A stretch of DNA of 64,000 nt from a virus. Lineage: Duplodnaviria; Caudoviricetes. The stretch is taken from IMG/VR virus record IMGVR_UViG_3300044655_001017; one strand, written 5' to 3'. Positions 45,292 through 55,600 of this stretch are shown here, piece by piece. Under the pieces are notes generated by a model. It ran no database searches and was not told the origin of the DNA. It saw only the letters and a program-made list of their open reading frames with translations. Within the stretch, counting starts at the first letter, position 1. Every line of letters starts with the position of its first letter. A program made the position numbers and the translations under genes.

Positions 45292-46274
45292 CATTTATTT
45301 TAGTTGACACTTCAAACTTATTTTATCGAGCTAGGCATTCAGTGCAAGGCAATGCTGACTTAAAACTTGGTATGGCATTACACATTACATTTAATAGTGT
45401 TAAAAAAGCATGGCAAGACTTTGATGGTACACATGTAGTGTTTTGTTTAGAAGGACGCAGTTGGCGTAAAGACTTTTACGAACCATATAAACGCAATCGT
45501 GCAGAAACTCGAGCTGCTATGACAGTGCGTGAACAAGAAGAAGATAAACTTTTTTGGGAGGCATACGGTGATTTTACAACATTTTTAAATGAAAAAACTA
45601 ATTGTACCGTATTGCAACATTCACGTTTAGAAGCTGACGATTTAATTGCCGGATTTATTCAACTGCATCCGGAAGATAAGCACGTTATTGTTAGTACAGA
45701 TACTGATTTTCATCAACTAATTAGTGAATCTATTAGCCAGTATAACGGCGTAGCAGATCAACACGTTACACATACTGGTTATTACGATGCTAAGGGTAAA
45801 CCTGTAATTGATAAAAAAACAGGTGAACATAAAGTACCGTTTGATCCGGAATGGATATTATTTGAAAAATGTATCCGTGGCGATACTAGTGATAATGTGT
45901 TTTCAGCATATCCGGGTGCAAGAACTAAAGGTACTTCAAAGAAAATAGGATTAACTGAAGCATTTGAGGATCGCAACACAAAAGGATATGCATGGAATAA
46001 CTTCTTATTACAAAAATGGACTGATCATAATGGTCAAGAACATCGAGTTTTAGATGATTACGAACGAAATCGCGTATTAATCGACTTAACTAAACAGCCA
46101 GAAGACATACGTACAATTATCAACGAAACTATTAGTAATAATTCTAAGCCAAAGTGTATTACACAAGTTGGTTCACGAATGATTAAATTTTGCCAGTCAT
46201 ATGATATGAAAAGAATGATTGATAATATTCAAACATTTGCAGAACCTTTTCAAGCAAACTATCCAACAACATAA
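45288..46274 (+). CDS. 5'-3' exonuclease / T4 RNase H-like flap nuclease
   Basis: LVDTSN, LEADD, STDTDFHQL, GDTSDNV. Confidence 0.9.
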   Translation: MTFILVDTSNLFYRARHSVQGNADLKLGMALHITFNSVKKAWQDFDGTHVVFCLEGRSWRKDFYEPYKRNRAETRAAMTVREQEEDKLFWEAYGDFTTFLNEKTNCTVLQHSRLEADDLIAGFIQLHPEDKHVIVSTDTDFHQLISESISQYNGVADQHVTHTGYYDAKGKPVIDKKTGEHKVPFDPEWILFEKCIRGDTSDNVFSAYPGARTKGTSKKIGLTEAFEDRNTKGYAWNNFLLQKWTDHNGQEHRVLDDYERNRVLIDLTKQPEDIRTIINETISNNSKPKCITQVGSRMIKFCQSYDMKRMIDNIQTFAEPFQANYPTT

Positions 46275-46276
46275 CT

Positions 46277-46477
46277 ATGAAAAAGATTACATTACAAAAA
46301 GAAGAACTAATCGAAATACTAGCAGTATTAGACAAATTCCCAGAAGTAGAAAAGATTGATATATCGTATGATAACAATAGTGGTATTGGTTACTTACTTA
46401 ACATATCGTTTCCGTATGTAGTAAATGGGGTTGCTACTACTCAAACTGTTGAAATTACCGGTGTAGATCAATGGTAG
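46277..46477 (+). CDS. Hypothetical protein
   Basis: 66 aa, in operon. Confidence 0.65.
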   Translation: MKKITLQKEELIEILAVLDKFPEVEKIDISYDNNSGIGYLLNISFPYVVNGVATTQTVEITGVDQW

Positions 46478-46956
46478 AAATTGAATTACACGCTAAACCT
46501 ATAATAGATGGCAAATTTTGGATCGTAGAACAAGACGGTTTAAAGGTTGCTACTTTGCACAAGAAAGAAAACAACAAATACGTGTTAAGTAACACAGACG
46601 GTGAAATACTTTTTAATAAAAAAGAAGAAATAACCAATCAATTTGGATCTAATTTCTTTTTAAACAAACATAATATAAAAGTATCAGCAGTAGACACAAA
46701 TGAATGTTACGGGTATCCAACAAGTTGTAAACCGTATAATGCGGTATATGACGTTAGACGCAAGTTACCGCTATTTACTAAAAGTGATCAAAGTAAAAGT
46801 TTATATTGCGCCGGATACTATACAATTAAGTTTGAAAAAGGTTGGGTTAAGAGTTTCTGTCCTAAGGTAATTACTATTGAAAGAAATGAACATAAAGGCC
46901 CGTTTAAAACAGAATTTGAAATGAAACAGGTATTATCAAATGCAAAAACAGATTAA
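46471..46956 (+). CDS. Hypothetical protein
   Basis: 161 aa, overlapping neighbours. Confidence 0.7.
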   Translation: MVEIELHAKPIIDGKFWIVEQDGLKVATLHKKENNKYVLSNTDGEILFNKKEEITNQFGSNFFLNKHNIKVSAVDTNECYGYPTSCKPYNAVYDVRRKLPLFTKSDQSKSLYCAGYYTIKFEKGWVKSFCPKVITIERNEHKGPFKTEFEMKQVLSNAKTD

Positions 46957-47188
46957 CACATCTCCTATTACCCAGTTTGCTCAATTGTTACGTGCAACTG
47001 AGCTTTCTCAGCAAAAAGAAGTTAAAATCCCAATTCATCAAGCTAGATTACTTAACTTAGCGTTAACTGAAATGTTAGATCAACTACATCAAGACTATAC
47101 ACTGTTGCTTGAGACATTACAACAGAAAGACAATGCTGAAGTTATTACTGTGCAATTTGACGGTGGAAGTTTTAGCGACAAAGAATAA
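46940..47188 (+). CDS. Hypothetical protein
   Basis: 82 aa, in operon. Confidence 0.65.
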   Translation: MQKQINTSPITQFAQLLRATELSQQKEVKIPIHQARLLNLALTEMLDQLHQDYTLLLETLQQKDNAEVITVQFDGGSFSDKE

Positions 47189-47189
47189 C

Positions 47190-47197
47190 GATAAATA
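47190..47197 (+). promoter_or_regulatory. Late promoter candidate (GATAAATA)
   Basis: Upstream of 47221, which has a GGGGA RBS. Confidence 0.45.
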
Positions 47198-47220
47198 CAC
47201 GTAGTTAATAGGGGGACTAT

Positions 47221-47496
47221 ATGTCACGACCAAAACCGCGTGTATTATTAGAACATCTTGATCCAAACACTCTTCAATTAGATCAAATTTTAGAAGCAGA
47301 CGCTATATGGGCAGTTGTTTATAAGGATGAGCCGTTTAATTTAAAAACAAGTTTAAACCAAAATGACTCTAAATATAAAAAATCGTCCTTTTCAAATCCA
47401 GGACATGCGCACAGTTTAGCAGCTAAGTTAAATAGTATGTTTAACTGCAGCGATTTCACTGTTGTAAAGCTAACTAAAGGGGTTACAGTGCGATGA
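47221..47496 (+). CDS. Hypothetical protein
   Basis: MSRPKP; FSNPGHA. Confidence 0.7.
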   Translation: MSRPKPRVLLEHLDPNTLQLDQILEADAIWAVVYKDEPFNLKTSLNQNDSKYKKSSFSNPGHAHSLAAKLNSMFNCSDFTVVKLTKGVTVR

Positions 47497-47876
47497 TTCC
47501 AAGAGATACACTAACACGTATATTTTTAGACCAATGGGGTAAATGTTCTGATGACACTAACGTGAAGTTATATTCACGTAAATGGTGGCAATCATCACGA
47601 GTAGGAAAACAAACAGCTTATAGATTAAGCGATGATGGCTTTGAGTTCTTAACTAACGCATTAGAACTCAAATCATACGAAATCCCATTTACAGATACAA
47701 TTGAGATAAGTCCGCAGACTATTGTGTTCTTAGAACGGTATTTAGATTGTCCTTATTACTTAACATATAAAAGTATAACAGTGTTCTCAGAACGCAAATG
47801 CGTTGAACTATATTTCTTTTCAGATGACATACGACGATTTGGATTAGCAAAAGCAATGAAAGAACGAACTTCTTAA
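47493..47876 (+). CDS. Hypothetical protein
   Basis: ATGA overlap; 127 aa. Confidence 0.7.
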   Translation: MIPRDTLTRIFLDQWGKCSDDTNVKLYSRKWWQSSRVGKQTAYRLSDDGFEFLTNALELKSYEIPFTDTIEISPQTIVFLERYLDCPYYLTYKSITVFSERKCVELYFFSDDIRRFGLAKAMKERTS

Positions 47877-47889
47877 TTAAAAATAAGTA

Positions 47890-47917
47890 TTGACGTTTGC
47901 TAAAAATACTGTATAAT
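47890..47917 (+). promoter_or_regulatory. sigma70-type promoter candidate
   Basis: TTGACG-N16-TATAAT. Confidence 0.6.
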
Positions 47918-48012
47918 ATGCTACATAGTTTGTTAGCAACACAACATATTAACACTGCTACAAGTTATTTAATTTACTTTTTCTTTTTTACTAACCTATG
48001 AGGTAATAATTT

Positions 48013-49104
48013 ATGAGCAACAACATCGCATCACGTACAGTCGGCCCAAAAGGCGCTAAAAAATCTTTACGCAAAGCGTTTAGCAGTAAACGTCCATTGT
48101 TTATTTGGGGACCTCCAGGAATTGGTAAATCAGACATTATTAAACAACTTGGTACTGAGTTAAATGCTCATGTTACTGACGTGCGTTTAAGTTTATGGGA
48201 GCCAACAGACATTAAAGGTATTCCATACTTTGATTCAGTAGACCAAACAATGGTATGGGCTCCACCATCAGAGCTGCCTAGCAAATCATTTGCTGAAAAA
48301 CACAAAATGATTATTTTGTTCTTAGATGAGATGAATTCTGCTGCACCAAGTGTACAGGCTGCTGCTTATCAACTTATTTTAAATCGTCGCGTAGGACAAT
48401 ACGAATTACCAGACAACGTTGTTATTGTTGCTGCTGGTAACAGAGAAACAGACAAAGGTGTTACTTATCGCATGCCAGCTCCATTAGCCAACAGATTTAT
48501 CCACTTAGAAATGGCTGTTGAATGGGATGACTACTTTGAATGGGCTACAGACAACAATGTACATCCAGATGTTGTTGGTTACTTAACTGCTTGCAAAAGT
48601 GATTTATACACCTTTGATTCAAAATCAGCAGATAGAGCATTTGCTACACCACGTTCATGGAGCTTTGTTAGCGAGTTGTTAACAGATGGCGACACTGACT
48701 CAGATACATTAGCTGACTTAGTTGCTGGTTCAATTGGCGAGGGTCTTGCTATTAAATTTATGGCACACAGACAGTTTTCAAGTAAACTTCCTGATCCACG
48801 CGCTGTACTTGACGGTAAAATTACACATTGCGAAACTAAAGAGATTTCAGCAATGTATTCACTAACTGTTAGTATGTGCTACGAGTTGAAAGAACTTTTC
48901 AACAAAAAATCTCCTAACAAAAACACAGCAATGAACAATTACTTTTTGTTTATGATGAACAACTTTGAAACTGAAATTGCAATTATGGGTACTAAACTTG
49001 CGTTATGCTCATACAAATTGCAAATTGATCCAGACGACATTGCGTGCTTTGATGATTTCCACAGCAAGTACGGCAAATACATTACTGCTGCAAGCGGTCA
49101 GTAA
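48013..49104 (+). CDS. MoxR-like AAA+ ATPase
   Basis: GPPGIGKS, LFLDEMN, AAGNR, PLANRF, TPRSW. Confidence 0.88.
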   Translation: MSNNIASRTVGPKGAKKSLRKAFSSKRPLFIWGPPGIGKSDIIKQLGTELNAHVTDVRLSLWEPTDIKGIPYFDSVDQTMVWAPPSELPSKSFAEKHKMIILFLDEMNSAAPSVQAAAYQLILNRRVGQYELPDNVVIVAAGNRETDKGVTYRMPAPLANRFIHLEMAVEWDDYFEWATDNNVHPDVVGYLTACKSDLYTFDSKSADRAFATPRSWSFVSELLTDGDTDSDTLADLVAGSIGEGLAIKFMAHRQFSSKLPDPRAVLDGKITHCETKEISAMYSLTVSMCYELKELFNKKSPNKNTAMNNYFLFMMNNFETEIAIMGTKLALCSYKLQIDPDDIACFDDFHSKYGKYITAASGQ

Positions 49105-49115
49105 TACCAAAACAG

Positions 49116-49144
49116 TTGACACCGCCGCAAGGCGGTGTTATACT
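49116..49144 (+). promoter_or_regulatory. sigma70-type promoter with a GNRA hairpin in the spacer
   Basis: TTGACA-N17-TATACT; ACACCGCC-GCAA-GGCGGTGT. Confidence 0.7.
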
Positions 49145-49174
49145 TTGTACTTTATAATTATGCAGGAGTAATTC

Positions 49175-50353
49175 ATGGCTTTAGATTCAATTGTTGATAA
49201 AATTATCGTAGCTCGCGTAGGCTTACTATTACGCCATCCTTTCTTTGGTACTATGGCAACACGTTTAAAAATTGTAGACGGATCCGACTGGTGTCCAACT
49301 GCAGCAACTGACGGTCGTCATATCTTTTATAATCGTGAGTTTTTTGAACCGTTAACTGTAAAACAAATTGAATTTGTTATTGGTCATGAAATTCTACACA
49401 ACGTTTTTGATCACATGTCACGTCGTGATGGTCGCAATCCTAAAATCTTTAATATTGCATGTGACTATAATGTAAATGGTCAGTTAATTCGTGATAAGAT
49501 CGGTGAAGTTCCGCCTGTTATTAAAATCTTCCACGACACTAACTATTACGGTATGGGTTCTGAAGAAATTTATGATAAGTTACTAGAAGATCACGATGAA
49601 GAGTCACTTTCTAAAATCGGTGAAATGCTCGACGAACACATTGACTGGGAAAGTGCAGGCCCAAACGGTCGTCCAACATACAGTAAAGAAGAATTGAAAA
49701 AGATTCGTGATGAGATTCGTGAAGCCACTATGACTGCAGCACAAGCAGCTGGTGCAGGTAATACTCCGGCAAGTATTGCGCGGTTGATTAGAGATCTTAC
49801 TGAATCTAAAATGAACTGGCGTGAGATTTTACGTCAGCAAATTCAAAGTACTATTAAAAATGACTTTTCGTTTATGCGTCCTAACAGAAAAGGTTGGCAC
49901 ATGAATGCTATTTTGCCAGGTACTAACTATGACGAAACAATTGATATCTGTGTTGCAATCGATATGTCAGGTTCAATTGGCGATGATCAAGCTAGAGATT
50001 TCTTAAGTGAGATTAAAGGCATCATGCAAGAGTATCAAGACTTTAGTATTAAGTTATGGTGCTTTGATACACAAGTATACAACGAAGCATCATTTACCGG
50101 TTATACTATTTCTGAATTTGATGAATATCAACCAAAAGGTGGCGGTGGTACTGACTTTGATGTTAACTGGGAATATATGAAGGAAAATGACATTGTTCCT
50201 AAAAAGTTCATTATGTTTACTGACGGGTATCCGTTTGGCAGTTGGGGCGACGAAACGTACACAGATACTTTATTTATTATACACGGTAATGATTCAATTG
50301 TTCCACCATGGGGCGAATATTCATACTATGAGTTTTCAAAAGAAAAGGCATAA
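49175..50353 (+). CDS. Metallopeptidase-like (HExxH) plus vWA domain protein, MoxR partner
   Basis: TAATDG, GHEILH, MIDAS DMSGS, GGGT, FTDG. Confidence 0.88.
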   Translation: MALDSIVDKIIVARVGLLLRHPFFGTMATRLKIVDGSDWCPTAATDGRHIFYNREFFEPLTVKQIEFVIGHEILHNVFDHMSRRDGRNPKIFNIACDYNVNGQLIRDKIGEVPPVIKIFHDTNYYGMGSEEIYDKLLEDHDEESLSKIGEMLDEHIDWESAGPNGRPTYSKEELKKIRDEIREATMTAAQAAGAGNTPASIARLIRDLTESKMNWREILRQQIQSTIKNDFSFMRPNRKGWHMNAILPGTNYDETIDICVAIDMSGSIGDDQARDFLSEIKGIMQEYQDFSIKLWCFDTQVYNEASFTGYTISEFDEYQPKGGGGTDFDVNWEYMKENDIVPKKFIMFTDGYPFGSWGDETYTDTLFIIHGNDSIVPPWGEYSYYEFSKEKA

Positions 50354-50641
50354 ATGGCACTAAAAAATGGAAAACCTAATCCATTAGATTATTTTAAAAT
50401 GCGGAGAGTAGATTTTGCTTGTCCGCATTTTGAATACTTTACTATTAATAAATCAAGAACGGATTTACTCGAATTTATTAATGAATGGATTACTAAAAAC
50501 TTAAATAGCAGATACTACATTGGAAAAGGAATTTCATTAGATAGTAATAACGCTATTGTTTACAACATTACAATTGGGTTTGAATCAGAAAAAGAACTTA
50601 GCTTTTTCACAATTGCATGCCCGTACATACATTCAAGATAA
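50354..50641 (+). CDS. Hypothetical protein
   Basis: Starts right after the upstream stop. Confidence 0.7.
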   Translation: MALKNGKPNPLDYFKMRRVDFACPHFEYFTINKSRTDLLEFINEWITKNLNSRYYIGKGISLDSNNAIVYNITIGFESEKELSFFTIACPYIHSR

Positions 50642-50672
50642 TTAAGTATATTAGACTTACAAAGGAAACATT

Positions 50673-50903
50673 ATGACAGAAAATACACAAGCAGTACCAG
50701 AAACTGCAGCAGAACCAACTCAAGAACAATCAGGTACAGATCTTACAATTAATGATCTAAACGCATTAAAAACTATTATTGACATTGCAAGTTCGCGTGG
50801 TGCATTTAAACCAAATGAAATGGTTGCTGTTGGTCAAACATACACCAAGTTAGATTCTTTTTTAGCAGCAATTGCCGAACAAGCTAAAGCAGGAGCTCAA
50901 TAA
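50673..50903 (+). CDS. Hypothetical protein
   Basis: AAGGA RBS; IDIASSRGAFK. Confidence 0.75.
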   Translation: MTENTQAVPETAAEPTQEQSGTDLTINDLNALKTIIDIASSRGAFKPNEMVAVGQTYTKLDSFLAAIAEQAKAGAQ

Positions 50904-51565
50904 TGGCTGAACTTAAACACGTCGGTCGAGTTATTGGATCAGGCAAAAAATGCATTGTAGCATATCGTACATTGCCAGGCGACGCATACAACTGCTTAGT
51001 TGTACCTACTGAAAACTTACCCGATAGTTATCACGATGCGTTAATTAACTTAGTTGAGAGTAATGCAGGACAAAGTTCATACGAATTTGCAGAAGCTATG
51101 GCGCGTACTAATTTTCCAGATGGATACATTATGTTAACTGCGTTACATACTCAAAATAGACTAGTTAAAGTTTCGACTGATCAAGTTGAAATGCTACCAA
51201 CTACATCACAGTCAATTAAATTGTCTGAATTAAATCAAATTATTGCAGAACAACGCGGTACTACAGTTGATGAGCTTTCATTAAAATCAGCAGTAAAAGA
51301 AGAACCGTTTAAAGAAAAAGAAACTGCAAAAACTGAAGATCCAAAAGCGGCACTTGTTGAACTATTGACTCCCGAGCAAAAAGCTAAACACTATCGTTCA
51401 GAAGCAGATCGCCTTTCAAAAGAAGCTGCATCTTTACGTAGACAAGCTGAAGAATTAGTACCAACTGCTAAAAAAGTTAAATCTGAAACTGTAGCAGAAG
51501 AAGTAGTAACTACAACTACCGCAAAAAAGGAAAAAGTTGTTAAAACAGACGAAACCGCTTCCTAA
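50903..51565 (+). CDS. Hypothetical protein
   Basis: TAATG overlap; 220 aa. Confidence 0.75.
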   Translation: MAELKHVGRVIGSGKKCIVAYRTLPGDAYNCLVVPTENLPDSYHDALINLVESNAGQSSYEFAEAMARTNFPDGYIMLTALHTQNRLVKVSTDQVEMLPTTSQSIKLSELNQIIAEQRGTTVDELSLKSAVKEEPFKEKETAKTEDPKAALVELLTPEQKAKHYRSEADRLSKEAASLRRQAEELVPTAKKVKSETVAEEVVTTTTAKKEKVVKTDETAS

Positions 51566-51857
51566 AGAAGTAGTTGCACACTGGCCAGAAGTATTTGAAG
51601 AGGTATCACTTAATGTGTTACCTCTTCTTTATTTGCATTCAGTAGTTATTAATTTTAAAGATAATAAGTCTTGGGAAATAAAATTAACAACTAAAATAAA
51701 AAAAGATGGATGGAATAGCTTTCAACAGAGTTTATCAGAATTGTTAAATTCGTATGAAGAAGAAATAGACGATGTAGATTTTAAACTAGATGCAGTAAAA
51801 GTAAAAAAAGATGTAGAAAAACTAACCAATAAATTTTTAAAGAAACAAAAATTATGA
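51537..51857 (+). CDS. Hypothetical protein
   Basis: TTG start with AAGGA RBS; WPEVF. Confidence 0.65.
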   Translation: MLKQTKPLPKEVVAHWPEVFEEVSLNVLPLLYLHSVVINFKDNKSWEIKLTTKIKKDGWNSFQQSLSELLNSYEEEIDDVDFKLDAVKVKKDVEKLTNKFLKKQKL

Positions 51858-52621
51858 ACATTAAATTAGTATCATATTCTCAACCAACTGAAGAATTTGC
51901 TGAATTAGGAATTACCGATGCACAAGAACTTATAGCATTTTGCGCTCGTGTAAGTAATCCGTCAAATCAGTTTAATACAGAAACTTCAGAAAAACTTATC
52001 AACTACTTAATTAAGCATGCGCATTGGTCACCGCTTGAAATGGTTAATGTGTGTTTAGAAGTAAATACCACCCGCGATATTGCACGTCAATTACTACGTC
52101 ACGCTTCATTTAGATTCCAAGAGTTTAGTCAACGCTATGCAGATCCAACAAACGATCTGTCTTTTGAAATACGCGATGCTAGATTTCAAGATCCTAAAAA
52201 TCGTCAAAATTCAATTACAATTAATACTGCAGAAGAAGAGGCGATTAATGACGAATGGCATCTAAGACAAGAAGCTCATATTAATTCAGCAAAAGCACAA
52301 TATGAATGGGCAATTAGCAAAGGCATTGCTAAAGAGCAAGCTCGTGTCGTTCTTCCAGAAGGCAACACTAAAAGTCGTGTGTATGTTAACGGGACGTTGC
52401 GCTCATGGATTCATTACATACAAGTGCGCAGTAACGTGGATACACAGCTTGAACACAAACAAGTTGCAGTAGCGTGTGCGCAAGCAATTAGCGCAGTATT
52501 TCCAATGGTAAATGACTTTGTTTATAAGGAAGAACCAGTTTTAGAACCTATTAAAGAAGAAATTGTTGAACCTAAAAAACTTAAATGGCATCAACACTTT
52601 TTTAATTTTTACAAACACTAA
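51854..52621 (+). CDS. thyX: Flavin-dependent thymidylate synthase
   Basis: ARVSN, HWSPLE, TRDIARQLLRH, QEFSQRY, EQARVVLP, LRSWIHY, TQLEH. Confidence 0.9.
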   Translation: MNIKLVSYSQPTEEFAELGITDAQELIAFCARVSNPSNQFNTETSEKLINYLIKHAHWSPLEMVNVCLEVNTTRDIARQLLRHASFRFQEFSQRYADPTNDLSFEIRDARFQDPKNRQNSITINTAEEEAINDEWHLRQEAHINSAKAQYEWAISKGIAKEQARVVLPEGNTKSRVYVNGTLRSWIHYIQVRSNVDTQLEHKQVAVACAQAISAVFPMVNDFVYKEEPVLEPIKEEIVEPKKLKWHQHFFNFYKH

Positions 52622-52628
52622 TCACAAC

Positions 52629-52650
52629 AAAGCCGGCATATGCCGGCTTT
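52629..52650. terminator. Palindromic terminator between convergent genes
   Basis: AAAGCCGGCAT/ATGCCGGCTTT. Confidence 0.75.
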
Positions 52651-52661
52651 ATCATTTATAT

Positions 52662-55600
52662 TTACAAGTTAAAATCCTTACTATACGTCTTACCTACTAC
52701 TAAAGGAGCATCTTTAAAATATACGTTCACAAACGCTTTTCCTCGAAATGCATTGTCTGGAATTGATAGTGTAGATGTAGAACTCGACTCTCCAACTGTA
52801 GAAAACGAATAATCGTTTGGATCAACTAATTCATACGTTGCCTCATATACTTTTTTGTGTATATTATTAGTAGCACTTGTAATATTATCAGTAACAGATA
52901 TAGTAGACCAGTCATTGTTTACAACGTTTGATATCCCTCCGGTTAACTCACGCGACGGTATTGCAGGTAATGATGGTAGTAATACTGGTCCTGTAATGGG
53001 ACCAGTATTACCTCCTCCTTGCACTGGTCCAATAATAACAATTCCAGCATTTGGGTCTGCTAACCCAATTGCTGTTGTTTTTGTTGCAGTTTTACCATCT
53101 ACAAACGTAATTGTTAATATTGCTGATCCAATTATACCATATGGTATAGTGCCAGTTCCTGTTCCTGTCTGTATAGGTAAGGTTATCTGTGGAGAAACAC
53201 CTACAGTAACACCAGTACCGCCAGTACTATATGTGTAAACTGCAGTTTTTGATATAATTTCTAACTGACTTGTTGTTGTATCAGATACTACAAACACAGT
53301 ATTAGAACCGTTTTTAGTATTTGAGGTAGTAGTAAAGCTTCCAGTAATTACACGTAATGCTTCGTCAACTGCAGTTCTACCACTTGTAGATTCAGTCGCA
53401 TAACCTGTAGCATTTCTTGCAATAACTGTTACTGTATAATTTACATACTGTTGCAAATTATTATATGCGCGTATAAAGAGTCCGTTATTTTCAGAAATTA
53501 TTGTCGGATAGTTTGGATTTACATCTATATTTGTTTCATAACTAGCTACTGCACCACCTGAGGTCGGAGCCCTCCATTGGATTGCTAAACTCGAAGGTGA
53601 TATTGCACTAATTAACAAACTAGTAGGTTTTCCGGGAGATGCAGGTGGTTGCTGTATTAACTCCTGTATTCCAAACGATCTCGTAATTGGTAACGTTCTA
53701 TCATCTCGAAAATGCAACGTTAATGTTGCAGATCCAATAACACCTGCTGGCATTACAAATGAAGTTATTGGTGTGTTTCCCGCTAGTGTATCATATTTTT
53801 GAACGTTATATTGAGGAGCTGCCTCACCACCAACATACCCAGTAACATATGATGCTAAGAATGATCTGCCATCAATATTAGCTGATACAATATTGTCAGA
53901 TATAGAAATAGTAACAAAATTAGTAGTACCTTGTCGCGTACTAGTTATATTAAATTCACCTGTGTAATCTTGCGGTAGTAAGGTAAACGCAGTAGTAGCA
54001 GTTGTCTGTGCAGAATTTGATCCTGACACATTAATTGCAGTTACTGTAATTGTATATAATGTATGTTGAGTTAACCCCGATAATGTAGTTGTGTACAAAT
54101 CTCCAGATGCATCTGTTGTTGTATAGATTGTGTCAGTACCATTAATTGGAGTACTTGTCGCATATTGTGCAGAAACTGTATATCGGTCAGCTGACCCACC
54201 TATTGGGCTAGTAGTCTTACGCCAGTGAACTAACATTGACGTGTTTTGTATTCGACTTACACTTACTGCCGACGGTGCGCCTGCTACCGATTGCACTGCA
54301 GGTAAATTAGATTTTTCTGTCGAAACTGTTAATTTTTGTCCATCTGCATATGTTAATGTTAAAAATCCTTGGCAGTCAGTCGAAAATGCAATATCAATTG
54401 GGTTTGGTGCCGACTGAGCTGCTGTCTTAGTTGCTTTAGTACCGTATACATAATAATAAGTACGTTGTGCGCTAATATCATCACTAGTAATGTTAGCTGT
54501 TATTGATGCAATTACTTTAGTACGATTTGTGTCGTAAGCTAAATTTAAAGTTAATGTACCTGAATATTCATGCACTGTACCAGGTGAAATTGTACGACCA
54601 GTCCACGGAGTCCACGATCCTATATTATCGCCATACTGTGATTCAACATACTCAAAAGTAATTGATACCATACCATCGTCTGGGTTTGACCCTGCAAATC
54701 TAAATCCAGTCGGGACATACGATGTTCCGCCTTTGCCGCCAGTTGCACCATCTTTAGATGTATTACCAAGAGTTCCGGCGGCGCCACCTGGGGCGCCGCC
54801 ACCACCGCCACCGGCGCCACCTTTACCGCTTCCATCAGAGCCTGTTACACCGTTAGAAATTGCAGAATAAGATGATGATTGGTTAGTAGCAGAGGCATTA
54901 CCACCTGCACCACCGCTTTCTGTTGAATAACTTCCTCCGCCGCCGCCACCTGCACCTACACATACCGGGGTTCCTACAAAAGAAGTCCCAATAAATATTG
55001 CAGATGCGCCGCCGCCTGCACCGCCGCCGCCTGATTCAGATGCACCACTCTTCCCTCCAGAGCCGCCTATTCCTAATACGTTGTTAACAGCAATACCCGG
55101 TGCATACCGAACACTTTCTGCCGGAGTTCCTAGTTGCCCGACTACTACGGATAAAGAAGTAGCTGATGTTAATGCAGTCGATGTACCACTTATTGAATCA
55201 CCAGGAGTTGGATTTCTACTATATCCCATACTTCCGGCAGCTCCTGAAACAACAACTGATTTAACTTTCACACCGTCTCGAAATACGATAACACCCGATA
55301 CTCCGTAATGTTTAGTAACCGTTTTTATTACATCTGTAATAGTTAGTGTAGCAGTTCTAGTATTCCCATCTTCAAATTTTGCAGTAAACGTACCAACACC
55401 TGCACCGGGGTTACTATCTTTATACTCTATTGTTAACTTACCAGTACTATCTAAATTTGCTTTATGCCACGAACTGTTGCTTGTAAAAGTACCTGTACCA
55501 ACTATTGATATTAACACTTGTGAGCCAGCTTTACCACCTGTTATCATTACGTTTGAAGTTCCATTAGATCCGCGTGACGCAGGATCAATTACTATCGATT

